64,000 nucleotides of DNA, from NCBI GenBank assembly GCA_030064845.1, contig JASJEC010000024.1, positions 1,102 to 65,101 of the forward strand. The letters run 5' to 3'. Origin of the DNA: Kiloniellales bacterium (GTDB lineage Bacteria > Pseudomonadota > Alphaproteobacteria > Kiloniellales > JAKSDN01). Below are positions 1-8,289 of the stretch, in pieces; within the stretch, counting starts at the first letter, position 1; every line of letters begins with the position of its first letter. The notes under the pieces are model-generated. The model had not been told where the DNA came from. It made no database searches and saw only the letters and a list, made by a program, of their open reading frames with translations. The translations under genes were made by a program, and so were the position numbers.

Positions 1-470
1 CGGTCGCCGCGCCGCTCGGCCGTGGTCCGCATCAGGCCGGGGTCGGAGCCGGCCCCCGGCGCCGGCTCGGTCATGGCGAAGGCCGAGCGGACCGTGCCGT
101 CGACGATCGGCTGGAGCCACCGGGCCTTCTGAGCGTCGGTCGCGATCTTCTCGAGCGCGATCATGGTGCCGTCGTCGGGCGCGGCGCAGTTGAAGGCGAC
201 CGGGCCGAAGATCGAACGACCCATCTCCTCGTAGCACACCGCCATACCGGCCACGTCGAGGCCCAGGCCGCCGCGCGCCTCGGGCATCTGGGGCGCCCAG
301 AGTCCGGCCGCCTTGACCTTGTCCCGCAGCGCCTGCAGGCGCGCCTCGGCGATGTTCTCGTGGTCGTCGTAGGCCGAGGGGTCGGCCTCCAGCGGCAGGA
401 TCTCCTCCGCAACGAAACGGCGGATGCGCTGCCGCAGTTCCGCCACCGCCGGGTCGAGCGTGAAGTCCAT
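1..470 (-). CDS. acyl-CoA dehydrogenase, N-terminal part (3' end lies outside the window)
   Basis: My own reverse-strand translation from the ATG at 470-468 gives MDFTLDPAVAELRQRIRRFVAEEILPLEADPSAYDDHENIAEARLQALRDKVKAAGLWAPQMPEARGG..AFAMTEPAPGAGSDP. This looks like an ACAD N-terminal domain. There is an ATGA start/stop overlap with the upstream SDR gene. It is absent from the ORF track because it runs off the window edge. Confidence 0.8.
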   Translation of the reverse strand, partial: MDFTLDPAVAELRQRIRRFVAEEILPLEADPSAYDDHENIAEARLQALRDKVKAAGLWAPQMPEARGGLGLDVAGMAVCYEEMGRSIFGPVAFNCAAPDDGTMIALEKIATDAQKARWLQPIVDGTVRSAFAMTEPAPGAGSDPGLMRTTAERRGD

Positions 471-1240
471 CAGAGCGCCGCCGAATGGCCGCCGTCGACC
501 ACGATGACGCTGCCGTTGATGTAGCGCGACGCGTCGGAAGCCAGCAGCAGGAGCGCCCCCTCGAGATCCTCCGGCTGGCCGAAGCGGCGCTGCGGAATGC
601 GCTTGCGCAGAGCCTCGCCGTCGGGACTCTGGATGAATAGGCGGTTGATGTCCGTCTCGACATACCCGGGCGCCAGGGCGTTCACGCGGATGTCGTGGCG
701 GGCCAGGTCGATCGCCAGGGCCCGGGTCAGGTTGACCAGAGCCGCTTTCGAGGCGCAGTAAGGGGCGAGCCGGCCCGTCGCCCGCAGTCCCAGGACCGAG
801 GCCACGTTGACGATGCTGCCGCCGTGGCCGAGCTTGGCCATGTGCCGGGCCGTCTCCTGGGCCATCAGCCAGGCCCCCTTGAGGTTGGTGTCCACGACCC
901 GGTCCCAGTCCGCTTCGCCGATGTCCAAGGCCGCCTTGGTCTCAGCCATGCCCGCGTTGTTGACCAGAATCGAGATGTGCCCCAGTTCCATCTCCGCCGT
1001 GGTCACGCAGTCCTTCACGGACTCGCCGTTGGTCACGTCCAGTTCGATCGGGATCGCCCGGCCGTCGAAGGCCTCGATCTCGCGCGCCAGCTCGCAGAGC
1101 GCGTCGAGCCGCCGCGCGGCCAGGGCGACCTTGGCGCCAGCCCGGGCCAGGGTCATGGCGAAATGCCGGCCGAGCCCGCTCGACGCGCCGGTGACGATGG
1201 CGGCTCTGCCTTCGAGATCGAAGGGACCGGTCGGGTTCAT
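470..1240 (-). CDS. short-chain dehydrogenase/reductase (SDR)
   Basis: 256-aa ORF with TGASSGLG cofactor motif, NNAG and YCASK (YxxxK) catalytic motif. ATG start at 1240. Confidence 0.9.
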   Translation of the reverse strand: MNPTGPFDLEGRAAIVTGASSGLGRHFAMTLARAGAKVALAARRLDALCELAREIEAFDGRAIPIELDVTNGESVKDCVTTAEMELGHISILVNNAGMAETKAALDIGEADWDRVVDTNLKGAWLMAQETARHMAKLGHGGSIVNVASVLGLRATGRLAPYCASKAALVNLTRALAIDLARHDIRVNALAPGYVETDINRLFIQSPDGEALRKRIPQRRFGQPEDLEGALLLLASDASRYINGSVIVVDGGHSAAL

Positions 1241-1252
1241 GGCCCTCGGCGC

Positions 1253-2908
1253 CTACAAAACCTTGGCCTGCTCGCGCAGGACGAACTTCTGGATCTTGCC
1301 GGTCGAGGTCTTCGGCAGGCCTTGGAAGACCACGGTCTTGGGCGCCTTGAAGTGCGCCATGTTGTCGCGGCAGAACGCGATGATCTCGTCCTGTGTCGAC
1401 TCCTGCCCCGGCTTCAGGGTGACGAAGGCGCAGGGCGTCTCGCCCCACTTCGAATCGGGCCGGGCGACCACGGCCGCCTCCATGACCTTGGGGTGACGGT
1501 AGAGCGTCTCCTCGATCTCCAGGCTTGAGATGTTCTCGCCGCCCGAGATGATGACGTCCTTGGAGCGGTCCTTGACCTCGACATAGCCGTCGGCGTGGCG
1601 CACCGCGAGGTCCCCGGTGCGGAACCATCCGCCCTCGAGCGCCGCCTCGGTCGCGTCCGGGTTCTTCAGATAGCCCTTCATCACGGTATTGCCGCGCATC
1701 ATCAGCTCGCCCAGGGTCTCGCCGTCCGACGGCACCTCGGCCAGGGTCTCGGGATCGGCGACCCTGATCTCTTCCAGCGTCAGGTAGTTGACCCCCTGCC
1801 GGGCCATGAAGCCGGAGCGCTGTTCGAGCGGCAGGCCGTCCCAGGCCGACTGCCAGGCGCAGACCGTCGCCGGCCCGTAGCACTCGGTCAGGCCATAGAG
1901 GTGGGTCACGCGGAAGCCGATCTTCTCCATCGCCTCGATCGTCGCGCTCGGTGGCGCCGCGCCGCCGGTCGCCAGTTCGACCGTCCGCTCGAACCGCTGT
2001 CCCTCGGCCTCCGGCGCGTGGGCCAGCATGGTCAGGACGATCGGCGCGCCGCACATGTGGGTGATGCCCTCCTCGGCGATCGCCCGGTAGACCGCGCCGG
2101 CCTCGACCTTGCGCAGGCACACGTGGGTCGCCGAGGCGGCGGTCACCGCCCAGGTGAAGGTCCAGCCGTTGCAATGGAACATCGGCAGGGTCCAGAGGTA
2201 AACCGAGTCTCTGCCGAGACCCATGGTGATGAGGTTGCCCAGGGCGTTCAGGTAGGCGCCGCGGTGGTGGTAGACCACGCCCTTGGGATTGCCCGTCGTG
2301 CCCGAGGTGTAGAGCAGGCAGATCGACTGCCACTCCTCCGCCGGCTGCACCTCGTCGAAGACGGGCTCGCCCTCGGCCAGGAACGCCTCGTAGTCGAGCG
2401 CGCCGAGAAGTTCGCCGGACTCGGCCAGAGGATCGTCGATGTCGATCACCAATGGCGGGTTGTCGAGCGCGGCCAGCGCCGGTCCGATCACCGGCGAGAA
2501 CTCCTTGTCGGTGATCAGGACCTTGGCCTCGCCGTGCTCGAGGATGAAGGCGATGGTCTTGGCGTCCAGCCGGACATTGAGCGCGTTCAGCACCGCGCCC
2601 GCCATGGGGACGCCGTAGTGGGCTTCCAGCAACGCCGGCACGTTGGGGGCCATCACCGCAACGGTATCGCCGGTCCCAATACCCCGCTTGCGGAGCGCCG
2701 AGGCGAGACGGCAGGCGCGTTCGTGGAATGTGCGGTAGCTGTAGCGGAGCTCGCCGTGAACGACGGCGACCTTGTCGGGGTAGACCGCGGCCGCCCGGCG
2801 GAGAAAGCTGATCGGAGTCAGCGGCGCAGTATTGGCCGCGTTCTGCTCCAGCCCCTGGTCGTAGATCCCGCCTGTCCCGGCCCCCGCGTCATTCATCGCC
2901 TGCACCAT
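1253..2908 (-). CDS. AMP-dependent acyl-CoA synthetase/ligase
   Basis: YTSGTTGNPKGV AMP-binding motif and a C-terminal GKIQKF motif. Start trimmed to M66 (MVQAMNDAG..) of the 616-aa ORF. The upstream extension is Arg/Cys-rich and looks non-coding. Confidence 0.9.
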   Translation of the reverse strand: MVQAMNDAGAGTGGIYDQGLEQNAANTAPLTPISFLRRAAAVYPDKVAVVHGELRYSYRTFHERACRLASALRKRGIGTGDTVAVMAPNVPALLEAHYGVPMAGAVLNALNVRLDAKTIAFILEHGEAKVLITDKEFSPVIGPALAALDNPPLVIDIDDPLAESGELLGALDYEAFLAEGEPVFDEVQPAEEWQSICLLYTSGTTGNPKGVVYHHRGAYLNALGNLITMGLGRDSVYLWTLPMFHCNGWTFTWAVTAASATHVCLRKVEAGAVYRAIAEEGITHMCGAPIVLTMLAHAPEAEGQRFERTVELATGGAAPPSATIEAMEKIGFRVTHLYGLTECYGPATVCAWQSAWDGLPLEQRSGFMARQGVNYLTLEEIRVADPETLAEVPSDGETLGELMMRGNTVMKGYLKNPDATEAALEGGWFRTGDLAVRHADGYVEVKDRSKDVIISGGENISSLEIEETLYRHPKVMEAAVVARPDSKWGETPCAFVTLKPGQESTQDEIIAFCRDNMAHFKAPKTVVFQGLPKTSTGKIQKFVLREQAKVL

Positions 2909-3101
2909 ATCCCTGCACAAACTCCCGGACAGCGCGGGATGCCTTCGAATTCGCCCGCGGAGATCCTTGAACTGCGCTATGGTCGATGTCAGCTCTCGAC
3001 AGGTCAAGCCCGCACAGCCTGACGACAGGACGCAGAGCCGCGCCGCGTCGGCCCGCCCCTGTTTCGGCGCACCCCACCCCGGGCGAGAAAAGGACCGCGC
3101 C

Positions 3102-3746
3102 ATGCAGCTACAAATCTACTCCGACACGATCTGCCCCTGGTGCCTGATCGGCAAGCGCCGGCTGGAGCGCGCGCTCGCCGAGCGGCCCCAGCCCGACCTG
3201 GAGGTTACCTGGCACGCTTTCCAGCTCAATCCGGAGATGCCGGCCGACGGCATGGATCGGCGCCGCTACCTGGAGCTCAAATTCGGCGGCGGAGAAGGCG
3301 CCCGCCAGGTCTACGGGCAGGTCGAGCAGGCCGGGGCCTCCGAGGGGATCGCCTTCAATTTCGACGCCATCCGGCGGACGCCCAATACGCTCAATTCCCA
3401 TCGCCTGATCCGCTGGGCAGGCCGAGAGGGCTGCCAGATGGCCGTGGTGGAGGCGCTGTTTTCGGCCTACTTCTTCGACGGCCGGGACATCGGCGATCCC
3501 GAGACCCTTGTCGCGGTAGCGCAGACGGTCGGGCTGGACCCCACTGCGGCGCAGGACTACCTGGCGAGCGACCAGGACCTGGAAGCGGTGCGCAACGAGG
3601 ACGCCGAGGCGCGGCGCATTGGCATCCAGGGCGTTCCCACCTTCATCTGGAACGGCCGCTACGTGCTTTCGGGCGCCCACCCGCCCGAGGTCCTGCTGCA
3701 GCTCTTCGACCTGGGACGCGAGGACGCGCCGGCTTCAGCCTCCTGA
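3102..3746 (+). CDS. DsbA-family thiol oxidoreductase (FrnE / 2-hydroxychromene-2-carboxylate isomerase-like)
   Basis: MQLQIYSDTICPWCLIGKRRLE carries an N-terminal CPWC thioredoxin-fold motif. ATG at 3102 is in frame with ORF 2967..3746. Confidence 0.85.
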   Translation: MQLQIYSDTICPWCLIGKRRLERALAERPQPDLEVTWHAFQLNPEMPADGMDRRRYLELKFGGGEGARQVYGQVEQAGASEGIAFNFDAIRRTPNTLNSHRLIRWAGREGCQMAVVEALFSAYFFDGRDIGDPETLVAVAQTVGLDPTAAQDYLASDQDLEAVRNEDAEARRIGIQGVPTFIWNGRYVLSGAHPPEVLLQLFDLGREDAPASAS

Positions 3747-3777
3747 CCTGGAAACCAGTGGCGGTGCGCAGGCTGCG

Positions 3778-6700
3778 CTAGGTGCGCAGCGCCTTCAACT
3801 CGCCCAGAAGCTCCTGAACGCCGGCCACGCGGCGCGCCGGATCGGCCCAGTTCTCCTGATAGACCAGCTTGCCGTCCGGCTTGAGCCGCACCGTCATGGA
3901 CTCGGCCTGAACGAAGCGCAGCAGGGCCTCGACGTTCTCCATGGCGCTCTCGCGAAACACAACGACCGCGCCCTTCGGCCCCGCGTCGATTTTCTCGACC
4001 CCGGCTTCCCGGCAAAGTTGTTTAATTGCAATAGTTTGCAACAGGTTTTGCACCTCGTCCGGAAGCGCGCCGAAGCGGTCGATCAGCTCCGCGGCGAAGG
4101 CGTCGATCTCGCCGCGGTCGACCAGCAGGGCGATGCGCCGATAGAGCCCGAGACGCAGGTTGAGGTCGGTGACATAGCTCTCCGGTATCAGCACCGAGGT
4201 GCCAAGCGAGATCTGCGGCGTCCAGGACTCGGCGCTGACTTGGTCGGCCTTGGCGCCGCCTTCGCGCGCGGCGGTGACCGCCTCCTCGAGCAGCTGCTGG
4301 TAGAGCTCGATGCCGACTTCCCTGATCTGCCCCGACTGCTCCTCGCCGAGCAGGTTGCCCGCGCCGCGGATATCGAGGTCGTGGCTGGCGAGCGTGAAGC
4401 CGGCGCCGAGGGTATCCAGGGTCTGCATAACCTGGAGCCGCCGTTCCGCCGCCGCCGTCAGCAGCCGGCCCGGCGGCACGGTGAGGTAGGCGTAGCCCCG
4501 CTGCTTGGAGCGGCCGATCCGGCCGCGCAGCTGGTAGAGCTGGGACAGGCCGAACATGTCGGCGCGGTGGATCACGATGGTGTTGGCGTTGGGAATGTCG
4601 AGACCGGATTCCACGATATTGGTCGACAGCAGCAGATCGAAGCGCCGGTCGACGAAGGCGCTCATGACCGATTCCAGAGGACCGGGGGCCATGCGGCCGT
4701 GCGCCGTGGCGATCTTGACCTCGGGCACCAGCTTTTCGAGGCGCTCCTGCAGGTCGGGCAGGTGCTCGATCCGCGGGCAAACATAGAACACCTGCCCGCC
4801 GCGGAAGTGCTCGCGCAGGATCGCCTCGCGCACGATGACGGGGTCGTAGGGCAGCACGAAGGTGCGGACCGCCAAGCGGTCGACCGGCGGGCTGGCGATC
4901 AGGCTCATCTCCCTGACGCCGGAGAGCGCGAGCTGCAGCGTCCGGGGGATCGGTGTGGCGGTCAGCGTCAGCACGTGGACGTCTTCGCGCAACCGCTTCA
5001 GGCGCTCCTTCTGCTTGACGCCGAAGTGCTGCTCCTCGTCGACGATCAGCAGGGCGAGGTCCTGGAACGCGATCGACTGGGACAGCAGCATGTGCGTCCC
5101 GATCACGATATCGATCTGACCCCGCTGCAGTTCGTCCTTGATCCGGGCGGCATCCTTCGCCGCGACCAGGCGGGACAGCTGGGCGATGCGCACGGGCAGG
5201 CCCTGGAACCGGTCCCGGAAGGTCCGGTAGTGCTGCCGGGCCAGCAAAGTGGTCGGAACCACCACGGCCACCTGGCGCCCGGTCATCGCAGCGATGAAGG
5301 CGGCGCGCAACGCGACCTCGGTCTTGCCGAAGCCGACATCGCCGCAGACCAGCCGGTCCATGGGCCGCCCGGCCGCCAGGTCGTCCAGGGTGTCCTCGAT
5401 CGCCCGCAGCTGGTCGTCGGTCTCCGGAAAAGGGAAGCGGGCGCAGAACTCGTCGTAGAGCCCGGCCTCGGGGGCGATCGGGTCGGAATGTTTCAGCTCG
5501 CGCGCGGCGGCGAGCTTGATCAGCTCGTCGGCGATCGACTTGATCCGCGCCTTGACCCGCGCCTTTCGCGCCTGCCACTGACCCTGGCCGAGCCGATCCA
5601 GTTCGACCCCGGCGCTCTCGGAGCCGAAGCGGGAGAGCACGTCGATGTTCTCGACCGGAACGAAGAGCTTGTCGCCGCCCTGGTAGACCAGCCGCAGGCA
5701 GTCGTGCGGCGCCCCCGAGACGGCGAGTGTCTGGAGCCCTTCGTAGCGCCCGATCCCGTGATCCATGTGCACGACGAGATCGTCTTCCTGCAGGGTAGTG
5801 ACCTCGGTCAGGAAGTTCTCGGGCCGACGCCGCTTGGCCGCCGGCCGCGCCAAGCGCTCGCCCAGGATGTCCTGTTCCGTGATCACCGTCAGGGCGCCGG
5901 CGCCGAAACCGCGCTCGAGACCCAGCACGGTTACCGCCAGACCGTCTTCCTCGACCCGGTCCAGCTCCTCCAGGGTCGTGATCGCCCTGGTCTGCCGCAG
6001 CCCGTGGTCCTTGAGCAGCCCGGTCAGGCGGTCGAGCGAGCCCTGGCTGTAGCCGGCGAGCAGCACCCGCCTGCCCTGCCCGGCCTCGGCCTCGACGCGG
6101 GCGCGAAGCTGGTCGAACAGGCCGTGGTCCGCCGCCGTGCGTGCCTCGGAGAAGTCCAGCGGCGCCCGGCCGCCGGCATCCAAGACCGCACCGTTCCCCG
6201 ACGGCGCGGCGAAGGGCCAGAACTGCGCCGAACGGCGGCCGGCGAGACAGGCCGACCAGCTCTGGCCATCGACGTAGAGCGCCTCGGGCGGCAGGGGACG
6301 ATAGGGCCAGCCGCCGACGTCCTTGGCGTCCTGCAGCGATACGCGCGAGTCGAAGAACTCCAGGATGTTCTCGAGCCGGGCCCTGCGCGCCTCCTCGATC
6401 TGGCGGTCGAGGGTGACGGCCGCGTCCGGCAGGTAGTCGAAGACCGTCTCGAGTCCGTCGTAGAACAGGGGCAGCCAATGCTCCATCCCTGGATGGGGCC
6501 GTCCGGCCGAGATCGCCTCGTAGAGCGGATCCTCGGAGGATACCGAGCCGAAGGCCTCGCGGTAGCGCGTGCGGAACCGCGAGATCGACGCCTCGTCGAG
6601 GATCACTTCGCTGACGGGCTTCAGGGCGAAGCTTTCGAGCGGCTCGATGGTCCGCTGGCTGAGCGAGTCGAAGCGCCTCAAGGAATCGAGCTCGTCGCCG

Positions 6701-7263
6701 AAGAAGTCGAAACGCAGCGGTTCGGGCTCGCCGGGCGGGAAGACGTCAACGATGCCGCCCCGCAGGGCGAACTCGCCCGGCTCGCTCACGGTCTCGACCC
6801 GCTGATAGCCGTTCCCGACACAGAACAGCCTGAGCTCCTCCTGGCTCAGCGGTGCCCCGGTGCGGCCCACGAGGCTCCGGCCCTCGAAGGCGCTGCGCGG
6901 CGGAACCCGTTGCACCGCGGCGTTCACGGTGGTCACGACGATATCCGGCGCGGGTCCGGCGCAGAGCCGGGTCAGAGTATCGATCCTCCGGGCGACGATG
7001 TCCCTATGCGGACCGACTCGGTCGTAGGGCAGGCAATCCCAGGCCGGGAGCGTGGCCACCTCGCAAGTCGGGCTCAAGAAGGAGAGCAGTTCGCAGATCC
7101 GGGCCATCTGCGCGTCGTCCCGGGCGACGTGTAGGATCGGACCGGGCCGGTCGCTTCCGCCCGTCCGCCAGAACTGGCTCAGAAAGACCGATTCGACACC
7201 CTCAGGAGCGTTGGAAACCAGGGTGTCACCCGGTCTCAGGGCGATGTCCGGCAGCAGTCTCAA
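3778..7263 (-). CDS. mfd: transcription-repair coupling factor Mfd
   Basis: GDVGFGKTEVA Walker A, DEEQHFGV helicase motif II, and the expected N-terminal UvrB-like and C-terminal TRCF regions. Start proposed at TTG 7263-7261, giving a TTGA overlap with the sdhE stop and 1161 aa. The track ORF runs to 7566 across sdhE in another frame. Confidence 0.95.
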   Translation of the reverse strand: MRLLPDIALRPGDTLVSNAPEGVESVFLSQFWRTGGSDRPGPILHVARDDAQMARICELLSFLSPTCEVATLPAWDCLPYDRVGPHRDIVARRIDTLTRLCAGPAPDIVVTTVNAAVQRVPPRSAFEGRSLVGRTGAPLSQEELRLFCVGNGYQRVETVSEPGEFALRGGIVDVFPPGEPEPLRFDFFGDELDSLRRFDSLSQRTIEPLESFALKPVSEVILDEASISRFRTRYREAFGSVSSEDPLYEAISAGRPHPGMEHWLPLFYDGLETVFDYLPDAAVTLDRQIEEARRARLENILEFFDSRVSLQDAKDVGGWPYRPLPPEALYVDGQSWSACLAGRRSAQFWPFAAPSGNGAVLDAGGRAPLDFSEARTAADHGLFDQLRARVEAEAGQGRRVLLAGYSQGSLDRLTGLLKDHGLRQTRAITTLEELDRVEEDGLAVTVLGLERGFGAGALTVITEQDILGERLARPAAKRRRPENFLTEVTTLQEDDLVVHMDHGIGRYEGLQTLAVSGAPHDCLRLVYQGGDKLFVPVENIDVLSRFGSESAGVELDRLGQGQWQARKARVKARIKSIADELIKLAAARELKHSDPIAPEAGLYDEFCARFPFPETDDQLRAIEDTLDDLAAGRPMDRLVCGDVGFGKTEVALRAAFIAAMTGRQVAVVVPTTLLARQHYRTFRDRFQGLPVRIAQLSRLVAAKDAARIKDELQRGQIDIVIGTHMLLSQSIAFQDLALLIVDEEQHFGVKQKERLKRLREDVHVLTLTATPIPRTLQLALSGVREMSLIASPPVDRLAVRTFVLPYDPVIVREAILREHFRGGQVFYVCPRIEHLPDLQERLEKLVPEVKIATAHGRMAPGPLESVMSAFVDRRFDLLLSTNIVESGLDIPNANTIVIHRADMFGLSQLYQLRGRIGRSKQRGYAYLTVPPGRLLTAAAERRLQVMQTLDTLGAGFTLASHDLDIRGAGNLLGEEQSGQIREVGIELYQQLLEEAVTAAREGGAKADQVSAESWTPQISLGTSVLIPESYVTDLNLRLGLYRRIALLVDRGEIDAFAAELIDRFGALPDEVQNLLQTIAIKQLCREAGVEKIDAGPKGAVVVFRESAMENVEALLRFVQAESMTVRLKPDGKLVYQENWADPARRVAGVQELLGELKALRT

Positions 7264-7529
7264 GAGTTCGGCGTGTGGAGCTTGAAGGCCAGCAGTAGGC
7301 GCGTGACGTCGTGGTCGTGAGGCGGCGCGGGCTCCGCGTTGCCGGTGATCCAGTCGTACAAGATGGGTTCCGGCACCTCGAGCAGCTGCTCGAAGCGATC
7401 CAGCTGGGCGGCGTCGAAGTCCCCGAGATGGCTCTCGGCGAAACGCCCGATCAGAATGTCCAACTCCTTCATGCCGCGGTGCGCGGCGCGGTAGCGCAGC
7501 CTCTTGCGTCGTGCGGCGTCGGTTGTCAT
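7260..7529 (-). CDS. sdhE: FAD assembly factor SdhE (succinate dehydrogenase assembly factor 2 family)
   Basis: MTTDAARRKRLRYRAAHRGMKELDILIGRFAE..DWITG matches the SdhE/YgfY signature (RGxxE). Start trimmed to the ATG at 7529. It sits directly upstream of mfd, as in many alphaproteobacteria. Confidence 0.9.
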   Translation of the reverse strand: MTTDAARRKRLRYRAAHRGMKELDILIGRFAESHLGDFDAAQLDRFEQLLEVPEPILYDWITGNAEPAPPHDHDVTRLLLAFKLHTPNS

Positions 7530-7742
7530 GGGGCTCGGCTCCCAGTTGCGCGCAGAGACATAGCACGGCGGCGCAAAATCGAAAGCCCCCTGTCCGGTCA
7601 AGGGACTCGGCAAAATTTGAAATAAAACTTTTCTATATCTCATGGTAAACGGACAATTTCTTCACGTATTTCTAGAACCAGTCACGGCTCTGCGTGTTAC
7701 TATTGCAATGCGGAAAAATGGCCCCTGGGGATATTCATGAGA

Positions 7743-7758
7743 TGTTCTCGGGAGAACA
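7743..7758. promoter_or_regulatory. perfect 16-bp palindrome TGTTCTC-GG-GAGAACA in the divergent sdhE-mfd / recG-side intergenic region
   Basis: Read directly from the sequence. A second GTTCGAAC palindrome lies at 7777-7784. The region 7560-7850 is visibly lower in GC than its flanks. Confidence 0.4.
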
Positions 7759-7844
7759 ATCCAAATGCGCAAATTTGTTCGAACTTGGGAAAGCAATGGA
7801 GCGGTTTTAGTCAAATCTTCATTGAAATGTGATGGAATGCTCCA

Positions 7845-8195
7845 ATGTCGTCGACCCGCACAAAAAGACTGACTTCTGCCAGAAGCGCGCCAGACGAAGT
7901 CAAGACGCTGGAGCTCTCGCTGCCGATTCCGGCCAATCGGGAGCGCAGGGTCGAGGCCCTCGACTTCCTTAACCGTGCGGTCGAGCAATACATCGAGGAC
8001 TACGGCGACGATGTCTATGACGACGACCAGGAGTCGTCGATCAAGCCCGACATCCACTTCCCGGGCAAGAAGGCCCGTCGCGCCAGTGCGGACGACGACG
8101 ACTTCATCCCCGATCGGCCCGAAGGCCGCGCCATCACCGTGCCGCAGGCGATCCAGCTCTGCCTCTGTGCGGTCCTGATCTTCTTCCTCTGGTAA
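7845..8195 (+). CDS. hypothetical acidic protein with a C-terminal hydrophobic anchor
   Basis: 116-aa ORF with GC-rich third codon positions. It has an Asp/Glu-rich centre (EDYGDDVYDDDQE, ADDDDF) and a C-terminal hydrophobic tail, AIQLCLCAVLIFFLW. I recognise no family. Confidence 0.55.
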   Translation: MSSTRTKRLTSARSAPDEVKTLELSLPIPANRERRVEALDFLNRAVEQYIEDYGDDVYDDDQESSIKPDIHFPGKKARRASADDDDFIPDRPEGRAITVPQAIQLCLCAVLIFFLW

Positions 8196-8289
8196 CTCGG
8201 CCGCTGGACCTCGTCCGGTCCGCCTTGATTCCATCCCGTCTGTCCGGCGATCCTGCTGACCGCACAACCGTGCCTCAGCGGGAAAAGTC

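Noticed and set aside
3619-7134. 1171-aa plus-strand ORF
   Set aside because: It is exactly antisense to mfd. Its composition is Arg/Ala/Gly/Pro/Leu-rich with no motifs, typical of a shadow ORF in high-GC DNA, whereas the minus-strand frame has unmistakable Mfd motifs.
7264-7566. Long N-terminal extension of mfd (track ORF 3778..7566) and similar extensions of ORFs 1253..3103, 17635..19356, 38276..40111, 42592..44145, 48921..50966
   Set aside because: The extensions overlap neighbouring genes or intergenic DNA, are Arg/Pro/Gly-rich, and lie before positions where homologous families normally begin. Internal starts with a Shine-Dalgarno sequence or stop-start coupling were preferred.
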